A stretch of DNA of 64,000 nucleotides from Mytilus edulis (Eukaryota): positions 2,232,001 through 2,296,000 of the forward strand of contig NC_092346.1 in the NCBI RefSeq assembly GCF_963676685.1, read 5' to 3'. Positions 12,501 to 25,200 of the stretch are shown piece after piece (within the stretch, counting starts at the first letter, position 1; every line of letters starts with the position of its first letter). The translations under genes were made by a program, and so were the position numbers. Under the pieces are notes generated by a model. It was not told the DNA's origin, ran no database searches, and saw only the letters and a program-made list of their open reading frames with translations.

Positions 12501-13676
12501 ACGTGGGAGTGGTTCCTTCTCAACAGTAACCAGGAAGATCAAGCTATAGAACTAATGAAATTGATACGATTTCCAATGATAAATCCTGCTGACTTAGTGC
12601 AGACAGTTCAAAGGGTTGATATGATGATGACCAACCCAGAGCTGCGGCAAATGGTACTTAGTGCTCTTAACTATCACGTAGTTCCTCATTCACAACCTTT
12701 AGAAAAAACATTCAATGTCCAGTTACGTAGCTTTGTCGAGAGATTAGTCAGCGTGGGTGGTAGGGAAATTCATCCCAACCCTGGGCTGCATGATGAAATT
12801 CTTGTGTTTGATTCTAAAATAACGTCTAATAGTTTATTAAATAGGACCGAGTTAGCTTCCCTTCCAAGTGCACTTAGTCATATGCAGGTTGTAGTGTATA
12901 ATAACTTCTTATATGTGTTGGGTGGCTGTACCACACAGTGTGCACATGGAGAATCAGCCGTAAATTCTGTGTTACGTTATGATCCTCGTTTTGATACATG
13001 GTTTCAGGTGTGCCCCATGATTAATAAGAGAGCTTACTTCTTTGCTGGAGTATTGAACGATAGAATTTACACTGTAGGAGGAAAATTTAAAGATGGCAGC
13101 TTAGCTACTGCAGAAGCTTACAATCCTACCGATAACATTTGGGAACCAATCTCTCCTATGCCGATGTCATATCATGCTCATGCTGGGGCGGTGTATGGGA
13201 ACTTTATCTATATCTCAGGTGGATATAGTGGAAATCATTTTACCCCCGACATGCAGCGCTATGACCCGGCCACAAATCAATGGGAGGATATGGCAGCCAT
13301 GTTAACCCAGAGAGGATGGCATGTGATGTGTGCAGCTCAGGATAAACTGTATGTGTTCGGAGGGTGTAATCTAAATGTTAACCAGCAAGCTATGCCTGTG
13401 ATGCAGTCAGAGTGTTACGACCCATTGACTGATCAGTGGACAATTATTGCTCCTTTATCTGTTTCACACAAAGAAGCGTCTTGTGTAGTATATAATGATC
13501 ATATCTATGTGTTAGGCGGTTACAATGTTCAGACAAAAACTGGTCAGAAACTTGTATCGCGATATGACTTGTATACTGGAATCTGGGAAACGGTTGGTGC
13601 TCTGCCACGAAGTCTAACTGGAGTCGGGTATTGTACATTAAAACTGCCAGCATATAACATCGATGAAGTTGATTAA
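9544..13676 (+). CDS. Kelch-like BTB-BACK-Kelch protein (KLHL9/13/26 group), CUL3 substrate adaptor, ~613 aa
   Basis: Coding exons 9544-9736 and 12028-13676. The phase-1 join gives LCDVTLIAEG|QKFEAHRVVLVSCSDYFRSMFT (BTB). BACK domain includes IRFPMI. Kelch repeats carry GG/YDP/W motifs (RYDPRFDTWFQV...KRAYFF), most like KLHL9/13. The acceptor at 9531-9532 implies an upstream non-coding exon. Confidence 0.92.
10580..11775 (+). mobile_element. 5'-truncated non-LTR retrotransposon (RTE-X-like) in the KLHL intron, sense orientation
   Basis: Open frame 10595-11620: FTASGSF...KPILLYNSEVWG...ELGRFPL...KLRISAHKLQIEVGR...CKKC..VEDEIHFLTNC (RT thumb plus C-terminal CCHC). 3' UTR has AATAAA at 11737 and a (TGTTC)6 tail at 11746-11775. 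Confidence 0.88.
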
Positions 13677-14322
13677 ATTGTATGATTGTCAAGTTGTTTA
13701 ACAAGTTTAAGGGGGTAGACATGGGTTAAGGGGAAACAACTCTTTTGTCCGTTGTGTGTTTGTATAAGGTAACATCAATGTTTTTGAAGCTTTTTGAATC
13801 TTTACTTATTCATGAAAATGATAGTCAAAAATACTTCAGTGATTTTTAAAGAGTTCTTTCCCTTAACTAAGTTTATCCTCTTAAACAATATTGTGTGAAT
13901 TTGAGGCAAGAATGTGATTTTTTGTCAGGTATGAAAAAAAAATATAGTTGTGTTTCCTGCCTTCATACATTTTATGAACATTTTTGGTTACCATGGTAAT
14001 GGTAAGCAGTTTTAAAAATCCCATAATCATGATAATAATCTTCAAAAATATTTTTCAAGAAAAAAAAATATTTTGTTAACCTTGCTGCAAATGATCCTCC
14101 TACCCATAAGACATGTAAGACAGGAAAGTGAGGAAACAAGTATATGTATATATTTTTTGTAGCCTAACAAAAATTTCAAATAATCTCAATATTTCTGAGA
14201 GCTTTCATTCAACAATTTAGCATACTCTCTTTAATATTGATAATTTTAAATATCAATTGCATGAAAGTGCAGGGTCCTCAGTAAATTGGTAATACAGTGT
14301 ATACATATATAAATATATCATA

Positions 14323-14533
14323 CTGTTAATCCAGAAATTATTGCGAGTTTTATTTATGCATAAAATGTGAGTAGCTGAGTACCACAATAATAACAACAAG
14401 GATTCTGATACATGTATATATATCTTTTAACAGAATTAACTGATATCACCATATGATATAAAATAATCTTGAATGTTTGTCCATTCTTGAAAAATTGCAG
14501 TAATAAATTAACACAATAATTTCTGAATTTACA
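14323..14533. mobile_element. TA-target MITE (CTGTAAATTCAGAAATTATTGCG family)
   Basis: TA-CTGTTAATCCAGAAATTATTGCG...CAATAATTTCTGAATTTACAG-TA. Same family as the copies at 43056 and ~61030. Confidence 0.6.
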
Positions 14534-15659
14534 GTACATGTATATATAATAAACATGATAAACGTATTGTCTTGTGTACAATTTAGCATTTGTTAATCAA
14601 TTAGAGGCACTAATATGTGACATTCAGAGGGGACTCAAACATTAATTTGACAAACCTCCAGAAAAGGACAATCATAGAGCCTTTGGCTTTGCAATATGTC
14701 CAACTAATTTATGCAGATTTTCACCAGTAAAAGACTGAACATGTTGATTAAGGCTCAAGTGACTTTTTCACCTTGTTTTATAAAGTTCTTTAGATAAATT
14801 TTAATGAAAATTGGATCTGTTTGATAAAAATTCTTAAATTTATTTTTGGGCTCAAATGACATGTACTTAACCTGTACTGTGCATGACAAAGTAATAATAT
14901 TTTAAAGAACTCCAATGCAGTTGATTATGCAAATTTACTTACCATGCTTACTGTTGGTTTATTTGTTTGTGGAAACACAATTTTGTGGAATTAGGAAAAC
15001 TTTATTTTTATGGATTTTTGATTTTTTGATATAGCATAATTCTGCATACAACCTAATAGAAAATATATACATTGTTTAATAATGAAATTTATGGTTTATC
15101 TATTACCAAGAAATTGGCGAATATTGGTATCACACATATAATAATGAATCCTGGTACACAGCAAGTTCATTTTATGTCTGTAATTGTTTTGTTTGCTTTT
15201 TGATATACAAATTCACATATTTTCAATACAGAATGGTGAACAAACAGATGATGATATTCAGAGATCAAACTCAGATTTATGAATATTTGTTTTTTAATTT
15301 CTTATTTTGTACTTAACAGTAGAAAAAACTAGCAGTTATCTCCCTTTTATCATGCCGATGTTACATGTACTGCTTTTTTATTCACAAACATTTCATTTTG
15401 GCAACAATTCAATAATTCACGGAGGTAACAACTTTTGCTTTAAAACTTGTGTTCTATAAAATGCCTTCTTTATTCATCTAAATATCTTTTAAAAAGAAAC
15501 ACAACTTTGTAACTTCATCAGTTTATATCAATAAGAGCAGTAAAACCTCATTTCTTAAAATACATGTACGGTTTTTTTTACACATTTTCAAGCAAACACA
15601 TTCATTTTCGCTGAGTTAGTTCACATTTTGATACAACATCCATGTTTATAAAAACTTGA

Positions 15660-16330
15660 CATTTTTATTCAATAGCTGCCATGCAGAAATTTTTAACAAT
15701 TCAGATTCAATAGCTGCCATGCAGAAACTGTTAACACTTTAGATTCAGTGACTGCCATGCAGAAACTGTTAACACTTTAGATTCAGTGACTGCCATGCAG
15801 AAACTGTTAACACTTTAGATTCAGTGACTGCCATGCAAAAACTGTTAACACTTTAGATTCAGTGACTGCCATGCAGAAACTGTTAACACTTTAGATTCAG
15901 TGACTGCCATGCAAAAACTGCTAACAATTTAGATATGGTGGCTGCCATGCAGAAATATTTTACAATTTAGTTCCAATGATAGCAATGTTTGCAGAAATTG
16001 TTAACAAGTTAGATTCTGTGGCTGCAATGTTTGCAGAAAATGTTTGCAATTTAGATAAAGTGGCTGCCATGCAGAAACTGTTAACAATTTAGATTTAGTG
16101 GCTGCCATGTAGAAACTTTACAATTTAGATTGTGGCCACCATGCAGCAACTAATTACCATTAAGTTTCTATTACTGAAATGTTTGTGGAAATTGTTTACA
16201 ATTTAGATTCAGTGGCTGCCATGCAGAAATGTTTACAATTTTGTATCAATGGCCACCATATTTGTAGAAGCTGTTCACATTTTGATTCAGTGGATGTCAT
16301 GTTTGCAGAAACTGTTTACTATTATGTTTC
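15660..16330. repeat. Minisatellite, ~38-bp unit CTGCCATGCAGAAACTGTTAACACTTTAGATTCAGTGA
   Basis: Near-perfect core at ~15715-15920 with degenerate copies on both sides. Confidence 0.9.
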
Positions 16331-16676
16331 ATCTCTGCTGTGTCTGTAGAGATTGTTGATGTACAAATGATGAGTGAACGGAAATAGAGTTGGGATCAAA
16401 ATTTGTTTCTTTGATTCATGTTTGTTATGAATGTAAAACACATATATACATGTATATGACAAATAAACTTTTTACAAAATGAACTTTGCAGTTTATTAAT
16501 TTACTTAATGTGACGGGGGATAAGAGCCATAAATAAGTCAATTTATTTGGCCTTTACTCAAGATAATGTTATTGATAAATAGACAGATTTGTATAATTTG
16601 GACAATTAAGTGCAGACATGTAACTTGTGCTGTCAATTTTACATTATAAATTAGTCAACGTTGTTATATTTGATCT

Positions 16677-17741
16677 AAACAAGAGTGCACACGCTGAAAT
16701 GTGTCGCCTTTACTAATCATTGATATTATGTGTAAAATCCTAAATATAAAGTTTTACCATAAAACTATCACATAAACTTAACAAGATCCAAGAAAATGAT
16801 GTCACATAAACCAAACAAAAAATACATGTAGTTGTACATCTTGCAATCATTCAATACACTAAATATAGTTGACCTATTGCTTATAATTTTTTTAAAACCA
16901 GGCTTATTAAAAAAAACTTAACGACCAATGAACCATTAAAATGAGTTAAAGGTCAGATGAACCATGCCAGGCAGACATGTACAGCTTACAATCCTTCCAT
17001 ACAACAAATACAGTTGGTATATCGCTTACAGTTTAAGAAAAACTGACCAAAACACAAAAACTTTTCACTGAGCAATGAACTTTGAAAATGAGGTCAAGGT
17101 GAAATAAAACCTGCGAGACTGACATGTACTTCATAAAATATTTCCATACACAGTAACACCAAATATAGTTGACCTTTTGCATATAGTATTAGAAGAAGAA
17201 AAAACACTCAAAAACTTGACTGACCGCTAAACTATGAAAATGAGGTCAAGGTCAGATGACACCTGCCAGTTGGACATATACACCTTACAGTCCTTCCATA
17301 CACCAAATATACAAGACCTATTGCTTATAGTATCTGAAATATGGACTTGACCACCAACCTTAACCTTGTTCACTGATCCATGAAACAAGGTGGAGGTCAA
17401 GTGAAAACTGTCTGACAGACATGAGGACCTTGCAATGTACGCACATACCAAATATAGTTATCCTATTGCTCATAATAAGAGAGAAATTAACATTTACATG
17501 TACAAAAAATCTCAACTCTTTTTTCAAGTAGTCACTCAACCATGAAAATGAGGTCAAGGACATTGGACATGTGACAGACGGGAACTTCATAGTATAAGGC
17601 ATCTATATACAAAGTATGAAGCATCCAGGTCTTCCAACTTCAAAAATATAAAGCTTTTAAGTAGTTGGGTAACGCTGCCGCCGCCAGATAACTATCCCTA
17701 TGTTGAGCTTTCTGCGACAAAAGTCACAGGCTCACCAAAAA
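16677..17741. mobile_element. Helentron-associated (HINE/pearl-like) element with ~150-bp internal repeats
   Basis: Starts AAACAAGAGTGCACAC...GTCGCCT. Internal repeats contain AAATATAGTTGACC and TGAGGTCAAGG. GCC microsatellite, then a terminal hairpin ...GACAAAAGTC...GGCTCACCAAAAA. Confidence 0.7.
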
Positions 17742-17879
17742 GGATGGACATTTTACACGTAAGGAACTTTTAAGTCAAAATAGCCATGTCCATAGGTCTT
17801 ACAAAATATATTTTACAATCATTGTCATATTTGTAAAATACATCTTTAAATTGTGAAGCATCTTCTTCGATAATCAGAC

Positions 17880-18210
17880 AGCATTTAGAATGCTGGCTTC
17901 AAAATGATGAAGGTTCTAGGTTTGGTATTCAGCTGAGTCAAAACAAACAACATGAAAGTTGGTGTTTGCTGTTTCTCTGCTAAGCAGACATAATTTAGAA
18001 TACTGGCCTATAATGTGGAAGGTTCTAGGTTTGTTATCCAGCTGAGTCAAATGGAGACATGAAATAGGTAGCTGCTGCTTCCTAAGCAAACTGTAGTCAG
18101 AATGCTGGCCTCGAATGTTGAAGGTTCTAGGTTTGATGTCCAGCTGAGTCAAAACAAAGGCATGAAAATTGGTATTTGATGCTACTACTCTAAGCTGACA
18201 GTATTTAGAG
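17880..18210 (+). repeat. About three tandem degenerate copies (~100 bp) of a SINE-like core
   Basis: GAAGGTTCTAGGTTTG...CAGCTGAGTCAAA...CATGAAA.TTGGT.TTTGCTG...CTAAGC is repeated. It resembles tRNA-derived bivalve SINE bodies (from memory, unverified). Confidence 0.5.
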
Positions 18211-18908
18211 TGGCATTATGTTGGTTGTTGTCTCAATGATGTTTATGACAAATTTTATCTTTTTCCTTGGTAAAAAAAAATCAATGCAAATGATTATAAA
18301 TCTTCTCTACTAAGGCTCAGATATTTATGACACAAACAAGCACATACCATTATTCAACTTTTAATCAACCATACTTATTACTAATATAATGTTTTCTCAT
18401 ATTTTATACAACTACATTTATCACAGTTTTAATTAAATTGTTTATAAATATGAATGCATTTTTATTATTATCTATAATTACTTTAAAAACTCAAAACTTA
18501 AATATTCTTTCTTAAACAAAAGCTAACACAGCATGTGCCAAAAATACAGTTTAAATTGTAACTTCAGTACACAGTAAAAGCTATTGCTTGAATGAAAATG
18601 TAACGCTTTATCTATATTTTCTTCAAATCCTCCTCATAAATTTTCCATTCGAAATAGAACAATATTTTCACATAAAAAATAATATCCTAAACTTCACAAG
18701 AGTTTCCCTTGTTTTCATATATTGTATATTACCCCTTTAAGAAATCCTATTCAAAAAATTTAACAGCATTTTGAATATATGTAGGAAAAATCTGTTAATT
18801 TATTGTATTTGAAATACATAGGAATTTCAATAAGGAAAATATGATGTCCTTAGACAAATTTAAATAATCTGAGACCATAGGCATACACATATTTTAACAC
18901 TTGTCATT

Positions 18909-19156
18909 CATACCTGCCAACATTTTAAAATGCCTGTGGGTGTTTTTAATTGCAAGAAAGATTGTAAAGTCCTAAAAAAAAACTTTAAATTTACTTAAAT
19001 GTTGTTTATTTGGGTCCTCATACTTCTACAATCCTATAGCCCTGCTAAAATGGATTGTTTTGTTTTAAATTGTGAATAAATTTGTTCTTTTAAAAATTTC
19101 CATTCCAAATCTTTCATTGGGGAAATTACCACAAACAGTGACAGTTGGCAGGTATG
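18909..19156. mobile_element. MITE with 13-bp TIR CATACCTGCCAAC, just downstream of the ABCB10 stop codon
   Basis: CATACCTGCCAAC (18909) and GTTGGCAGGTATG (ends 19156). Flanks GTCATT/GTCATC. A solo left end of the same family is at 11775. Confidence 0.8.
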
Positions 19157-19228
19157 GTCATCTAATCTGCTGATTCAATAATAATAAATAATGAAAAGGG
19201 GAAGTAATACACTTCTTAAATGAATAAT

Positions 19229-22200
19229 TTAAGACCCGTTAACATCAACAGTTATAGTTTGTCTCTCAACGAGTTTCCTGAAAAGTCCGTCTGGAATGTC
19301 CATTAATTGGCTATAACTTCCTATTTCCGATACATGTCCGTGATCTATAACGGCTATCTGGTCTGCTGACTTTATAGTGGACAAACGATGGGCTATTGTT
19401 ATTACTGTACGTCCAACCATCAGTCTTTCCAAAGCTTCATGTACTAAATATTCACTCTCAGCATCTAAGGCACTAAAATATACAATGATTAATTTATAGA
19501 ACTATGTTCTCAAAATTGTCTAAAAATGTTTTTTATCCAAAAAAAATGAGTAAAATAACACAAAGAGGTCATGTGGATCAAAATTTGAATTTGTTCTTGA
19601 ATCTGTACATCAATTATTATTTCATTTCTTTGACTTTTTATATATTTTGGTACACCATGGATGCCCATGATTGCATTACACAAGACTTGAACAATCTCTC
19701 CACCAGCACAACATTCAAGCTAGATCTGTAACTCATCAGGGTTGTATTTTGCTATATATCAAGGTTATGTCATTTTTTTGATAATTTGGCGTAGACAGCA
19801 AATATTTGGTAGTCTCTGCTACAAGTGATCGCAACTTGTGTAAATTGAGAGTTGGGGAGTGGCCTCAAGTGATTTGTTTAATGTTTCCTTGTGTTTTGTT
19901 TATGATTAGACTTTAAATTTGATAAAGTATTGACAAGCTTTATGCATTTGTAATATTCTATTATTATAATGACATTTAAGATATTTTACATCAAATTTCT
20001 ATTATGCATTAAATCTTACCTGGTTGCTTCATCAAGAATTAGAATTTTTGGGTTCTGCAATAAAAATATGTAAATTACATGTACTGGTGTTTGTTATATT
20101 ATATAACTCGTAATTCACATGTACTGGTGTGTGTTATATTATATAACTCGTAATTCACATGTACTGGTGTGTGTTATATTATATAACATGTAAATCACAT
20201 GTACTGGTGTGTGTTATATTATATAATATGTAAATCACATGTACTGGTGTGTGTTATATTATATAACTCGTAATTCATAAACAAAAGTAAACAAAAAATA
20301 AATTGTAAAAGTCCAGCATTATACAATGTACTCAAATTCAACATTTAAAAAAAAGGATATTTCTGGATTCAAAGTCTAGAAAAAATGCTTCCGACCATTT
20401 AAAAAAAAATGTATGTGGCCAAGTGATGACATAAAGGTAGATAACTCCTTACCAGAGACAATTTGTCAGTAAATTTCAAAATAAATACTTTTTATGAATA
20501 AAACATAAGGTATGTGCTTTAAAGCAGACATCATTCCAAAAATAAATAAGATAAACTTTCAAAGTATATATGACAAAAAACAGCACTTTTGTTGTTGCTC
20601 ATCCTAATGGTTACTAAAAGATCTTAAAACAAGAATGTGTTCATAGTACACGGATGCCCCACTTGCACTATCATTTTCTATGTTCAGTGGACCGTGAAAT
20701 TGGGGTCAAAACTATTATTTGGAATATTTGGAATTAAAGTTAGAAAGATCATATCATGGGGAACATGTGTACTAAGTTTCAAGTTGATTGGACTTCAACT
20801 TCATCAAAAACTACCTTGACCAAAAACTTAAACCTGAAGCGAACGGACGTACGGACAGACGAACAGTGGGGCATAAAAATGTGACAGTGTCAATAGTGCC
20901 AAGATTAGAGCAGAAACTGCGTTAATACCTTTCAGGATCACCTCAGATGGTCCATGGTACTTAAAAACATTTGTAATGTTCATTGATTAGCTTCTGGAGT
21001 ATAGCTCAACAAGTCTCTTTTTAGGTTTTTTTTGTTCCTTTTTTGCTGTTGCGGGGGAGGTTATGGCCTTGTATTTGATTGTATTTTTCATTGCCTCTTG
21101 CTATCTTCATTTTCCATTTTAAGCTCTCTCATATAACAAAGCAAATGAAGATTCCAGCATAGTATGCAGGCATAACAAAGGTAACAGGTTGGACCTTTCT
21201 ACAAAATACTGACACTGTGACCTAACACCACAATATGAAAATCAATAACTAAATTGCTACAGTACTTTTTAAAATTACCTTTTTCATTTTATGGAATGGG
21301 ATTTTAAAGATTACTAAAAATACATTAGATAAGATTTTCAAATATTTTTAGCAATTTAGCACATATATATCATGAATTATTAATGATAACAGTGCTTTAA
21401 AATGTTGTTAGTTCTGACATTACCATCAAATTAAGTTTGTTACCTTAAGGATGGCTCTGGCTATTGCAACTCTTTGTCTTTGTCCACCTATCAAATACAA
21501 ATTTTTCTATACATACTGATATGTTTTCAAGGTGCAAAATTGCATTAAAAAATTATTTCATACAATAATACACCATATACTATATAACATCTAAAAGGTA
21601 GGGTCGAAAGTATGGGGAGGGTGTTTTTGTAATATCTAAAAGGTAGGATCGAAAGTATGGGGAGGGTGTTTTTGTAACATCTAAAAGGTAGGATCGAAAG
21701 TATGGGGAGGGTGTTTTTGTAACATCTAAAAGGTAGGATCGAAAGTATGGGGAGGGTGTTTTTGTAACATCTAAAAGGTTGGATCGAAAGTATGGGGAGG
21801 GTGTTTTTGTAACATCTAAAAGGTAGGATAGAAAGTATGGGGAGGGTGTTTTTGTAACATCTAAAAGGTAGGATAGAAAGTATGGGGAGGGTGTTTTTGT
21901 ACAGGAATAGTAAAAGGTAGGATCGAAAGTATGGGGAGGGTGATTTTGTACAGGAATAGTAAAAGGTAGGATCGAAAGTATGGGGAGGGTGTTTTTGTTC
22001 AGGAATAGTAAAAGATACCAACTTTCATGGATTGAGGAAAAATGTTATTATTATTATATAATAATGTTAGGGGGAAGATTTGGAACCTGTTAACATGTTT
22101 AACCCAGCCACATTCTGTATGTATGTGCCTGTCCCAAGTCAGGAGCCTGTAATTCAGTGGTTGTTGTTTATTGGTGTGTTACATATTTGTTTTTTGTTCA

Positions 22201-25200
22201 TTTTATGTACATTTATTAGGCCATTAGTTTTCTTGTTTGAATTGTTTTACATTGCCATTTCCTTTTATAGCTGACTATGGGGTCTGTGCTTTGTTTTAAG
22301 CTGTATGTTGACCTATAGTTGTTTACTTCTGTGTCATTTGGTCTCTTGTGGAGAGTTGTTTCATTGGCAATCATACCACATCTTCTTTTTTATATAACAA
22401 AGTATAAAGATGATAAACAACGCCAGTACCTAGAATCTATACTTCAAGATCAGTGTGTATTATTGGTGAAGTTGATATGGACCAAGTGAATGTCTAAAAC
22501 TTCTCATTATTATGTGAACCAGTACCTGACAAAGTCTGTCCTCTTTCTCCCACAAGTGTATTGAATTTATCTGGGAATGAGTTAATGAAATGATAAGCAT
22601 TGGCTTTCTTTGCTGCCTCGTATATCTCTTCATCTGTAACTGTCGTAGGGTCTTGTGATCCATAGGCAATGTTATCTCGTACTGAGCATGAAAATAATAC
22701 AGGCTCCTACAATACAATGAAATTTTATCTATCAACTAATATAGGATTTGAACTCCAAATGAACTCACACTGGCTTAATCAATTTTAAGAAAAATACAGT
22801 ATTAGAACATATATTATGCCGACCTTGGGAGGGCTGTATAGGCAGTCAAGGTTACAATATTAAAAACTCCCATCATCATCATATTTCATGACATTATGCA
22901 AAATTAACTTATCCAAGTGCTTAATACATGCATCCTTAGTATGCTAACAGTAAATTAATTTTTTTTTAACCATAGACTTTTCTGATAAGATCATAAGTTT
23001 TGAAGAATAATTATATAATATTTCCCCAAGAAGTATATACTATTACACAAGCATGGATATACCACAAAGGACAATATTACTCAATATAAATTTAATAACC
23101 CTTTTATAAAATAGTGCAAAGTATTTTGACAACATTGATGATACTTTTATACTTTCATGAAAAAGAAATTCTTGCAGTTTAAAAAAAAAATTGTAGTATT
23201 TTAACTTCATATCCTGTTTTTATAATTTTTGTAAATCTAAACTATGTATATATTTTCTGTGCCTTAGTCTGCATATCTAAATAAGTACATCCAAATCTTC
23301 TTCTGAACAGAAAATTTGGCAGTATACAGATTATTCACCTTGAGAAAGACTCAAGTGTTTCATAATCTTCTTTTATGTGGTGCACATTGTAGAGACACTA
23401 AAACAATATCATTCCAAAGTTGCAACATCATTACTTACAACTTGGCTCTATTTAATGCTGAGTTCACACGTAATTCGAATTCGATTCGCATTAACTAATT
23501 CGAATTAGTTTAATTCGCATTCAAAACGTTTAACGTCCTAATTCTAATTCTAATTCGAATTGGAATGCGCGTCAAATTCCCTTTACTGTCCTAACAACGT
23601 TAACTTTTAATTCGGATTAACAAAAACGTATTTCTAATGCGAATTAGTTAATTCAAATTAGCCAATTCGAATCAATTCGAATCAAAAAAGAAGAGTTTGT
23701 CAACGCGATTAGGGAAATTGATTCGCATTTGATTCGAATTCGATTCGAATTAAAGGTACGTGTGAACGAGGCATTAGACATCTGAAATGTAACATTCAGG
23801 TCTGAAAAAGATCTTAATGTTCAAGGAGCATGACTCATTATTCTTGTTAGTTTATGATCTCTCAGATGTTTAGATCTGGACCACAACTTTTTATCAATCA
23901 ATATTTTTAATGTGTATTTTGACTGAAATGTCTTGGCTAAAACCTTAATACTATACTTTACCTGACTAACTGTACCTATCTGACCCCTTAGCCAGGTAGG
24001 ATCTATCTTTTTTATATCTTCTCCATCTAATGTTACTGAACCTAGATTAAAGGAATAAAACTCAAATTTTCAAAATGGCTTCAAACAGTTGCTATATATG
24101 GTTTTAAAACAATTTGTGAAAGATCAAAATGTCTTTGCTGCATTGAACATACTTTTTTTCTTGGTGTTTGGTGTTGGTGTCTCCATAGGATGAGTTCTTG
24201 TCAGTGGTTGAAAATTATGTAGTAACCTATAGATCCATTATTTACTTAATTTGTTAGGTTGCTGTCTCATTGAGGCTTAATCCGTATCTCTTTCTATTCA
24301 TTTTCATTAATGTGTTTGTAAAAGTCTATCGGTAAATAATTTGCAGAAACCATTTTTCAGTACCAAATTTTCCCAAGAACCAATGTACATGGTTGCTTCA
24401 GTAACATATTTTGAGAAGAATCATTAGGTCTCAACAATGATGAACTGTAAATGTATTTGTCTCAGTCCTTTAAAAGGCTTTCATATATAGCTGATATGGT
24501 AACATAACTTGTAAGCTCATAATAAGAAAAAAACTTATTTTTTTCTATTTGCCATGGTTACAATGATTTAGAAGGACAGTAATATATCCCAGTAAAGAAA
24601 AACATTTGTTTACAAGCTGCTAGTGTAACATATCTTGTAAAGGGTAATAATATATCAGCAGTAAATAAAATATATTTATAACTTGCTATGGTAACATACC
24701 TTAAAAAGGGTCATAATATCTCAGTAGTAAATAAAATATGTTTATAACTTGCTATGGTAACATACCTTGTAAAGGGTCATAATATATCAGCAGTAAATAA
24801 AATATGTTTATAACTTGCTATGGTAACATACCTTGTAAAGGGTCATAATATCTCAGTAGTAAATAAAATATGTTTATAACTTGCTATGGTAACATACCTT
24901 GTGAAGGGTCATAATATCTCAGTAGTAAGGATCCAACCGTTGATTTCCCTGAACCACTTGGACCAACGACAGCAGTAATGGACCCTGATGGCACTAATAA
25001 TGATAATTTATCAAATATCACAACATCATCCCGGGTAGGATAGATAAATCGGACATCGTTAAATTCTATATTACCTATTACTGGTGTAGTTGGAATAAGA
25101 CCACCTGTAAATATAAAAAATTTAATTATTAATTGTTTTATATTCAATTCACTAATTCAATAAGACAGTTTAGATGAAGTTCTTTTGATGCATTCTGATT

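Noticed and set aside
21545-22021. 158-aa ORF with 15-aa periodicity
   Set aside because: It is the translation of the intronic 45-bp minisatellite.
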